A stretch of DNA of 64,000 nucleotides from positions 8,896,201 to 8,960,200 of the forward strand of contig NC_092679.1 in the NCBI RefSeq assembly GCF_964355755.1, given 5' to 3'. This stretch comes from Antedon mediterranea (Eukaryota; Animalia; Echinodermata). Below are positions 1 to 9,500 of this stretch, piece after piece; position 1 is the first letter of the stretch, and every line of letters starts with the position of its first letter. Position numbers and translations under genes: made by a program. The notes under the pieces are model-generated. The model ran no database searches and was not told where the DNA came from. It saw only the letters and a list, made by a program, of their open reading frames with translations.

Positions 1-438
1 GTTAACAAGTTTTTTCGAAAATCACAAAAGAGTCTAAAATATCTCGAAATGCGATTTGAAGCTATTCTAAGCACTTTGGTGTTTTTATGTTAACAAGTTT
101 TTTCGAAATCACAAAATGGTCTAAAATGTCTCCAAATGCGATTTGAAGCTAATCTTAGCACATTGGTGTTTTTATGTTAACAAGTTTTTTCGAAAATCAC
201 AAAATGGTCTAAAACGACTCCAAATGCGATTTGAAGCTATTCTGTATACTTTGGTGTTTTTATGTTAACAAGTTTTTTCGAAAATCACAAAATGGTCTAA
301 AACGTCTCCAAATGCGATTTGAAGCTATTCTAAGCACTTTGGTGTTTCTATGTTAACAAGTTTTTTAGAAAATCACAAAATGGTCTAAAACGTCTCCAAA
401 TGCGATTTGAAGCTATTCTGTACACTTTGATGTTTTGT

Positions 439-603
439 GTGAAAATTTTCTGTCGAAATGCTCAAAATGGTCAAAAACGTTTTTAAATACGATATTAAGC
501 TACTTTGTGCTCTTTGATGTTTTTGTGTGAAATGTTTTATCGAAATGCTCAAAATGGTCTAAAATGGTTTCTAATGTGATTTCAAGCACTTTGATGTTTT
601 TGT
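439..603 (+). repeat. Example of the recurrent divergent dimer: 88-bp variant monomer B (439-526) plus 77-bp deleted monomer C (527-603)
   Basis: B = GTGAAAATTTTCTGTCGAAATGCTC...ACGATATTAAGCTACTTTGTGCTCTTTG. C = GTGAAATGTTTTATCGAAATGCTC...TCTAATGTGATTTCAAGCAC, which lacks 10 bp between the two AAGC motifs. The pair recurs dozens of times in at least three subtypes. Confidence 0.93.
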
Positions 604-1273
604 ATAACCAAGTTTTTCGAAAATCACAAAATTGTCTAAAACGTCTCCAAATGCGATTTGAAGCTATTCTGTACACTTTGATGTTTTTATGTTAACAAGT
701 TTTTCGAAAATCACAAAATGGTCTAAAACGTCTCCAAATGCGATTTTAAGCTATTCTAAGCACTTTGGTGTTTTTATGTTAACAAGTTTTTCGAAAATCA
801 CAAAATGGTCTAAAACGTCTCCAAATGCGATTTGAAGCTATTCTGTACACTTTGATGTTTTTATGTTAACAAGTTTTTTCGAAAATCAAAAATGGTCTAA
901 AACGTCTACAAATGCGATTTGAAGCTATTCTAAGCACTTTTGTGTTTTTATGTTAACAAGTTTTTTCGAAAATCACAAAATGGTCTAAAACGTCTGCAAA
1001 TGCGATTTGAAGCTATTCTTAGCACATTGGTGTTTTTATTTAAACAAATTTTTTCGAAACTCACAAAATGGTCTAAAACGTCTCCAAATGCGATTTGAAG
1101 CTATTTTAAGCACTTTGGTGTTTTTGTGTTAACAAGTTTTTCGAAATGCTCAAAATGGTCTAAAACGTTTTTAAACACGATATTAAGCTATTTTGTGCTC
1201 TTTGATGTTTTTTTGTGAAAAGTTTTAGCGAAATGCTCAAAATGGTGTAAAACGATTTCTAATGTGATTTTAA

Positions 1274-1294
1274 AGACCCCTTCCCTGCAATTTT
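1274..1294 (+). repeat. Left imperfect terminal inverted repeat of MITE copy 1
   Basis: AGACCCCTTCCCTGCAATTTT pairs with 1879-1899 at 16 of 21 positions. Confidence 0.85.
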
Positions 1295-1720
1295 GGACGT
1301 TTTTTGGAAAATAATACATATATATCACTTTAAAAACATTAAACCATGTCATTCCTTGTCTTAAATGTACGTTTTATGGTAAATTATGATAAAAAGTGAG
1401 AAACAATGCACTACCTAAGTAGCTCGCGGCGATCGACCTCTCGTGGACGGTCTTAGGCCTAGCCTAGCTAGGCTTAGTTTTGTAGGCCTAGCTGGTAAAC
1501 ATCGATAACGTACGAACATCGTACGCTAGCTATATACCTAGCCTGACGTTGTATAGTTGCTGCATTAATTGTCTTTCTATTTTTGCCAGACTCCGTTGAT
1601 ACAAATTGGGGAAAACCCGGTATTTTCGCTGAAAAGTTAGGAGTCTTCCATTTGTTTTGGCTTCACGATCGATCGAAAAGTGGGCGAATTACAGGTGAAA
1701 AACAAAAATATCAATCCGCG

Positions 1721-1745
1721 CGCAATGCATTTTGGGATTTATAGC
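1721..1745 (-). promoter_or_regulatory. ZNF143/Staf (SPH, SBS2/M4)-like binding motif inside the MITE, present in all 7 copies
   Basis: The minus strand reads GCTATAAATCCCAAAATGCATTGCG. This resembles the Staf core TTCCCAnAATGCATTGCG preceded by the ACTAYRnnnCCCR accessory motif (one mismatch, at the first base). Motif match only, with no binding evidence. Confidence 0.55.
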
Positions 1746-1878
1746 GGGCCGCTATAATTATTAGAATCGATTTATTTTTCACATTTTTAACCGTTTAAAG
1801 ACGAAAAAAGTTATCGCAATATGACCATATAGTATTATTTTTACATTAAATATAGTTTGTGATCTTAAATTAGATCTA

Positions 1879-1899
1879 AAAAACGTAGGGAATGGGGCT
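1879..1899 (-). repeat. Right imperfect terminal inverted repeat of MITE copy 1
   Basis: AAAAACGTAGGGAATGGGGCT, reverse complement AGCCCCATTCCCTACGTTTTT. Confidence 0.85.
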
Positions 1900-3884
1900 T
1901 TAAGCACTTTGATGTTTTTATGTTAACTAGTTTTTTCGAAAATCACAAAATGGTCTAAAACGTCTCCAAATGTAATTTGAAGCTATTCTAAGCACTTGGG
2001 TGTTTTTATGTTAACAGTTTTTTCGAAAATCACAAAATGGTCTAAAACGTTTCCAAATGCGATTTGAAGCTATTCTGTACACTTTGATGCTTTTATGGTA
2101 ACAAGTTTTTTCAAAAATCACAAAATGGTCTAAAATGTCTCCAAATGCGATTTGAAGCTATTCTAAGCACTTTGGTGTTTTTATGGAAACAATTTTTTTC
2201 GAAAATCACAAAATGGTCTAAAACGTCTCCAATAGCAATTTGAAGCTTTTCTGTACACTTTGGTGTTTTTATGTTAACAAGTTTTTTCGAAAATCACAAA
2301 ATGGTCTAAAACGTTTCCAAATGCGATTTGAAGCTATTCTGTACACTTTGATGTTTTGTGTGAAAATTTTCTGTCGAAATGTTCAAAATGGTCAAAAACG
2401 TTTTTAAATACGATATTAAGCTACTTTGTGCTCTTTGATGTTTTTGTGTGAAAAGTTTTATCGAAATGCTCAAAATGGTCTAAAACGGTTTCTAATGTGA
2501 TTTCAAGCACTTTGATGTTTTTGTGTAACCAAGTTTTTCGAAAATCACAAAATTGTCTAAAACGTCTCCAAATGCGATTTGAAGCTATTCTGTACACTTT
2601 GATGTTTTTATGTTAACAAGTTTTTTCGAAAATCACAAAAGAGTCTAAAATATCTCGAAATGCGATTTGAAGCTATTCTAAGCACTTTGGTGTTTTTATG
2701 TTAACAAGTTTTTTCGAAATCACAAAATGGTCTAAAATGTCTCCAAATGCGATTTGAAGCTAATCTTAGCACATTGGTGTTTTTATGTTAACAAGTTTTT
2801 TCGAAAATCACAAAATGGTCTAAAACGACTCCAAATGCGATTTGAAGCTATTCTGTATACTTTGGTGTTTTTATGTTAACAAGTTTTTTCGAAAATCACA
2901 AAATGGTCTAAAACGTCTCCACATGCGATTTGAAGCTATTCTAAGCACTTTGGTGTTTTTATGTTAACAAGTTTTTTAGAAAATCACAAAATGGTCTAAA
3001 ACGTCTCCAAATGCGATTTGAAGCTATTCTGTACACTTTGATGTTTTGTGTGAAAATTTTCTGTCGAAATGCTCAAAATGGTCAAAAACGTTTTTAAATA
3101 CGATATTAAGCTACTTTGTGCTCTTTGATGTTTTTGTGTGAAATGTTTTATCGAAATGCTCAAAATGGTCTAAAATGGTTTCTAATGTGATTTCAAGCAC
3201 TTTGATGTTTTTGTATAACCAAGTTTTTCGAAAATCACAAAATTGTCTAAAACGTCTCCAAATGCGATTTGAAGCTATTCTGTACACTTTGATGTTTTTA
3301 TGTTAACAAGTTTTTCGAAAATCACAAAATGGTCTAAAACGTCTCCAAATGCGATTTTAAGCTATTCTAAGCACTTTGGTGTTTTTATGTTAACAAGTTT
3401 TTCGAAAATCACAAAATGGTCTAAAACGTCTCCAAATGCGATTTGAAGCTATTCTGTACACTTTGATGTTTTTATGTTAACAAGTTTTTTCGAAAATCAA
3501 AAATGGTCTAAAACGTCTACAAATGCGATTTGAAGCTATTCTAAGCACTTTTGTGTTTTTATGTTAACAAGTTTTTTCGAAAATCACAAAATGGTCTAAA
3601 ACGTCTGCAAATGCGATTTGAAGCTATTCTTAGCACATTGGTGTTTTTATTTAAACAAATTTTTTCGAAACTCACAAAATGGTCTAAAACGTCTCCAAAT
3701 GCGATTTGAAGCTATTTTAAGCACTTTGGTGTTTTTGTGTTAACAAGTTTTTCGAAATGCTCAAAATGGTCTAAAACGTTTTTAAACACGATATTAAGCT
3801 ATTTTGTGCTCTTTGATGTTTTTTTGTGAAAAGTTTTAGCGAAATGCTCAAAATGGTGTAAAACGATTTCTAATGTGATTTTAA

Positions 3885-4510
3885 AGACCCCTTCCCTGCA
3901 ATTTTGGACGTTTTTTGGAAAATAATACATATATATCACTTTAAAAACATTAAACCATGTCATTCCTTGTCTTAAATGTACGTTTTATGGTAAATTATGA
4001 TAAAAAGTGAGAAACAATGCACTACCTAAGTAGCTCGCGGCGATCGACCTCTCGTGGACGGTCTTAGGCCTAGCCTAGCTAGGCTTAGCTTTGTAGGCCT
4101 AGCTGGTAAACATCGATAACGTACGAACATCGTACGCTAGCTATATACCTAGCCTGACGTTGTATAGTTGCTGCATTAATTGTCTTTCTATTTTTGCCAG
4201 ACTCCGTTGATACAAATTGGGGAAAACCCGGTATTTTCGCTGAAAAGTTAGGAGTCTTCCATTTGTTTTGGCTTCACGATCGATCGAAAAGTGGGCGAAT
4301 TACAGGTGAAAAACAAAAATATCAATCCGCGCGCAATGCATTTTGGGATTTATAGCGGGCCGCTATAATTATTAGAATCGATTTATTTTTCACATTTTTA
4401 ACCGTTTAAAGACGAAAAAAGTTATCGCAATATGACCATATAGTATTATTTTTACATTAAATATAGTTTGTGATCTTAAATTAGATCTAAAAAACGTAGG
4501 GAATGGGGCT
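3885..4510. mobile_element. Kolobok-like MITE, copy 2
   Basis: Same 626 bp, TTAA at 3881-3884 and 4511-4514. Private T>C at 4089. Confidence 0.9.
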
Positions 4511-5159
4511 TTAAGCACTTTGATGTTTTTATGTTAACTAGTTTTTTCGAAAATCACAAAATGGTCTAAAACGTCTCCAAATGTAATTTGAAGCTATTCT
4601 AAGCACTTGGGTGTTTTTATGTTAACAGTTTTTTCGAAAATCACAAAATGGTCTAAAACGTTTCCAAATGCGATTTGAAGCTATTCTGTACACTTTGATG
4701 CTTTTATGGTAACAAGTTTTTTCAAAAATCACAAAATGGTCTAAAATGTCTCCAAATGCGATTTGAAGCTATTCTAAGCACTTTGGTGTTTTTATGTTAA
4801 CAAGTTTTTTCGAAAATCACAAAATGGTCTAAAACGTCTCCAAATGCGATTTTAAGCTATTTTAAGCACTTTGGTGTTTTTGTGTTAACAAGTTTTTCGA
4901 ATTGCTCAAAATGGTCTAAAACGTCTCCAAATGCGATTTGAAGCTATTCTAAGCACTTTGGTGTTTTTATGTTAACAAGTTTTTTCGAAAATCACAAAAT
5001 GGTCTAAAACGTCTCCAAATGCGATTTGAAGCTTTTCTGTACACTTTGATGTTTTTATGTTAACAACTTTTTTCGAAAATCACAAAATGGTCTAAAATGT
5101 CTCCAAATGCGATTTAAAGCTATTTTAAGCACTTTTGTGTTTTTGTGTAACCAAGTTTT

Positions 5160-6567
5160 TTCGAAAATCACAAAAGGGTCAAAAATGTCTCTAAATGCGA
5201 TTTGAAGCTACTCTAAGCACTTTGGTGTTTTTATGTTAACAAGTTTTTTCGAAAATCACAAAATGGTCTAAAACGTCTCCAAATGCGATTTGAAGCTATT
5301 TTAAGCACTTAGGTGCTTTTGTGTAACCAAGTTTTTTCGAAAATCACAAAAAGGTCTAAAATGTCTCCAAATGTGATTTGAAGCTATTTTAAGCACTTTG
5401 GTGTTTTTGTGTTAACAAGTTTTTCGAAAATCACAAAATTGTCTAAAACGTCTCCAAATGCGATTTGAAGCTATTCTGTACACTTTGATGTTTTTATGTT
5501 AACAAGTATTTTAGAAAATCACAAAATGGTCTATAATGTCTCTAAATGCGATTTGAAGCTATTCTAAGCACTTTGGTGTTTTTATGTTAACAAGTTTTTT
5601 TCGAAAATCACAAAATGGTCTAAAACGTCTCCAAATGCGATTTGAAGCTATTTTAAGCACTTTGGTGTTTTTGTGTTAACAAGTTTTTCGAAATGCTCAA
5701 AATGGTCTAAAACGTCTCCAAATGCGATTTGAAGCTATTCTAAGCACTTTGGTGTTTTTATGTTAACAAGTTTTTTCGAAAATCACAAAATGGTCTAAAA
5801 CGTCTCCAAATGCGGTTTTAAGCTATTCTGTACACTTTGGTGTTTTTATGTTAACAAGTTTTTTTCGAAAATCACAAAAGGGTCAAAAATGTCTCTAAAT
5901 GCGATTTGAAGCTACTCTAAGCACTTTGGTGTTTTTATGTTAACAAGTTTTTTCGAAAATCACAAAATGGTCTAAAACGTCTCCAAATGCGATTTGAAGC
6001 TATTTTAAGCACTTAGGTGCTTTTGTGTAACCAAGTTTTTTCGAAAATCACAAAAAGGTCTAAAATGTCTCCAAATGTGATTTGAAGCTATTTTAAGCAC
6101 TTTGGTGTTTTTGTGTTAACAAGTTTTTCGAAAATCACAAAATTGTCTAAAACGTCTCCAAATGCGATTTGAAGCTATTCTGTACACTTTGATGTTTTTA
6201 TGTTAACAAGTATTTTAGAAAATCACAAAATGGTCTATAATGTCTCTAAATGCGATTTGAAGCTATTCTAAGCACTTTGGTGTTTTTATGTTAACAAGTT
6301 TTTTTCGAAAATCACAAAATGGTCTAAAACGTCTCCAAATGCGATTTGAAGCTATTTTAAGCACTTTGGTGTTTTTGTGTTAACAAGTTTTTCGAAATGC
6401 TCAAAATGGTCTAAAACGTCTCCAAATGCGATTTGAAGCTATTCTAAGCACTTTGGTGTTTTTATGTTAACAAGTTTTTTCGAAAATCACAAAATGGTCT
6501 AAAACGTCTCCAAATGCGGTTTTAAGCTATTCTGTACACTTTGGTGTTTTTATGTTAACAAGTTTTT
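5160..6567 (+). repeat. Tandem duplication of an 8-monomer (704-bp) block (boundaries approximate)
   Basis: GGGTCAAAAATGTCTCT at 5176 and 5880, and GCGGTTTT at 5812 and 6516. Both offsets are 704. Confidence 0.88.
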
Positions 6568-9500
6568 TTTGAAAATCACAAAATGGTCTAAAACGTCTCC
6601 AAATGCGATTTGAAGCTATTCTGTACACTTTGATGTTTTTATGTTAACAAGTTTTTTCGAAAATCACAAAATGGTCTAAAACGTCTACAAATGCGATTTG
6701 AAGCTATTCTAAGCACTTTTGTGTTTTTATGTTAACAAGTTTTTTCGAAAATCACAAAATGGTCTAAAACGTCTGCAAATGCGATTTGAAGCTATTCTTA
6801 GCACATTGGTGTTTTTATTTAAACAAATTTTTTCGAAACTCACAAAATGGTCTAAAACGTCTCCAAATGCGATTTGAAGCTATTTTAAGCACTTTGGTGT
6901 TTTTGTGTTAACAAGTTTTTCTAAATGCTCAAAATGGTCTAAAACGTTTTTAAACACGATATTAAGCTATTTTGTGCTCTTTGATGTTTTTTTGTGAAAA
7001 GTTTTAGCGAAATGCTCAAAATGGTCTAAAACGATTTCTAATGTGATTTTAAGCACTTTGATGTTTTTATGTTAACTAGTTTTTTCGAAAATCAAAAATG
7101 GTCTAAAACGTCTCCAAATGTGATTTGAAGCTATTCTAAGCACTTTGGTGTTTTTATGTTAACAGTTTTTTCGAAAATCACAAAATGGTCTAAAACGTTT
7201 CCAAATGCGATTTGAAGCTATTCTGTACACTTTGATGTTTTTATGGTAACAAGTTTTTTAGAAAATCACAAAATGGTCTAAAACATCTCCAAATGCGATT
7301 TAAAGCTATTTTAAGCACTTTTGTGTTTTTGTGTAACCAAGTTTTTTCGAAAATCACAAAAGGGTCTAAAATGTCTCTAAATGCGATTTGAAGCTACTCT
7401 AAGCACTTTGGTGTTTTTATGTTAACAAGTTTTTTCGAAAATCAATAAATGGTCTAAAATTTCTCCAAATGCGATTTGAAGCTATTCTGTACACTTTACT
7501 GTTTTGTGTGAAAAATGTTTGTCGAAATCCTCAAAATGGTCAAAAACGTTTTTAAATACGATATTAAGCTATTTTGTGCTCTTTGATGTTTTTGTGTGAA
7601 AAGTTTTATCGAAATACTCAAAATGGTCTAAAACGGTTTCTAATGTGATTTTAAGCACTTTGATGTTTTTGTGTAACCAAGTTTTTTCGAAAATCACAAA
7701 ATGGTCTAAAATGTCTCCAAATGCGATTTGAAGCTATTCTAAGCACTTTGGTGTTTTTATGGAAACAATTTTTTTCGAAAATCACAAAATGGTCTAAAAC
7801 GTCTCCAATAGCAATTTGAAGCTTTTCTGTACACTTTGGTGTTTTTATGTTAACAAGTTTTTTCGAAAATCACAAAATGGTCTAAAACGTCTCCCAATGC
7901 GATTTGAAGCTATTCTGTACACTTTGATGTTTTTATGTTAACAAGTTTTTTATAAAATCACAAAATGGTCTAAAACGTCTCCAAATGCGATTTGAAGCTA
8001 TTCTGTACACTTTGATGTTTTTATGTTAACAAGTTTTTTCGAAAATCACAAAATGGTCTAAAACGTCTCCAAATGCGATTTGAAGCTATTTTAAGCACTT
8101 TGGTGTTTTTGTGTTAACAAGTTTTTCGAAATGCTCAAAATGGTCTAAAACGTCTCCAAATGCGATTTGAAGCTATTCTAAGCACTTTGGTGTTTTTATG
8201 TTAACAAGTTTTTTCGAAAATCACAAAATGGTATAAAACGTCTCCAAATGCGATTTGAAGCTATTCTAAGCACTTTGGTGTTTTTATGTTAACAAGTTTT
8301 TTCGAAAATCACAAAATGGTCTAAAACGTTTCCAAATGCGATTTGAAGCTATTCTGTACACTTTGATGTTTTGTGTGAAAATTTTCTTTCGAAATGCTCA
8401 AAATGGTCAAAAACGTTTTTAAATACGATATTAAGCTACTTTGTGCTCTTTGATGTTTTTGTGTGAAATGTTTTATCGAAATGCTCAAAATGGTCTAAAA
8501 CGGTTTCTAATGTGATTTCAAGCACTTTGATGTTTTTGTGTAACCAAGTTTTTCGAAAATCACAAAATTGTCTAAAACGTCTCCAAATGCGATTTGAAGC
8601 TATTCTGTACACTTTGATGTTTTTATGTTAACAAGTTTTTCGAAAATCACAAAATGGTCTAAAACGTCTCCAAATGCGATTTTAAGCTATTCTAAGCACT
8701 TTGGTGTTTTTATGTTAACAAGTTTTTTTGAAAATCACAAAATGGTCTAAAACGTCTCTAAATGCGATTTGAAGCTTTTCTGTACACTTTGATGTTTTTA
8801 TGTTAACAACTTTTTTCGAAAATCACAAAATGGTCTAAAATGTCTCCAAATGCGATTTGAAGCTATTCTAAGCACTTTGGTGTTTTTATGGAAACAATTT
8901 TTTTCGAAAATCACAAAATGGTCTAAAACGTCTCCAATAGCGATTTGAAGCTTTTCTGTACACTTTGGTGTTTTTATGTTAACAAGTTTTTTCGAAAATC
9001 ACAAAATGGTCTAAAACGTCTACAAATGCGATTTGAAGCTATTCTGTACACTTTGATGTTTTTATGTTAACAAGTTTTTTCGAAAATCACAAAATGGTCT
9101 AAAACGTTTCCAAATGCGATTTGAAGCTATTCTGTACACTTTGATGTTTTGTGTGAAAATTTTCTGTCGAAATGCTCAAAATGGTCAAAAACGTTTTTAA
9201 ATACGATATTAAGCTACTTTGTGCTCTTTGATGTTTTTGTGTGAAATGTTTTATCGAAATGCTCAAAATGGTCTAAAACGGTTTCTAATGTGATTTCAAG
9301 CACTTTGATGTTTTTGTATAACCAAGTTTTTCGAAAATCACAAAATTGTCTAAAACGTCTCCAAATGCAATTTGAAGCTATTCTGTACACTTTGATGTTT
9401 TTATGTTAACAAGTTTTTCGAAAATCACAAAATGGTCTAAAACGTCTCCAAATGCGATTTTAAGCTATTCTAAGCACTTTGGTGTTTTTATGTTAACAAG

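Larger units (their letters stand above)
1274..1899. mobile_element. 626-bp non-autonomous DNA transposon (MITE), Kolobok-like, copy 1
   Basis: TTAA at 1270-1273 and 1900-1903, versus a single TTAA at empty sites such as 7049-7052. Left end AGACCCCTTCCCTGCAATTTT versus reverse complement of right end AGCCCCATTCCCTACGTTTTT (11/13, 16/21 identical). TTAA TSD with RR...YY termini is the Kolobok signature. No ORF in the track. Confidence 0.9.
1..4795 (+). repeat. Tandem duplication with 2611-bp period that includes the MITE (end approximate)
   Basis: The rare variant GAGTCTAAAATATCTCG lies at 30 and 2641, and MITE starts lie at 1274 and 3885. Both offsets are 2611. Confidence 0.9.

Noticed and set aside
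13-29. CENP-B box-like TTCG motif in the monomer
   Set aside because: It lacks the required A and CGGG of NTTCGNNNNANNCGGGN.
1-1270. CRISPR-like regular repeats with palindromic TTTTCGAAAA
   Set aside because: There are no unique spacers, the entire 88-bp unit repeats, and there are no cas genes or leader.
1289-1297. Sm-site-like AATTTTGGA suggesting an snRNA or SL RNA gene
   Set aside because: It overlaps the terminal inverted repeat, and I recognise no snRNA or spliced-leader sequence around it. An Rfam cmscan would settle this.
1419-1440. Pol III A-box/B-box-like TAGCTCGCGG and GATCGACC (tRNA or SINE head)
   Set aside because: Both boxes are mismatched and directly adjacent. There is no cloverleaf or tail, and the element has TIRs and a TTAA TSD instead.
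1274-1899. piggyBac MITE, solo LTR or 5S/histone repeat spacer as the identity of the insert
   Set aside because: The ends are AG...CT, not CCC...GGG or TG...CA, and no 5S rRNA or coding sequence is recognisable.
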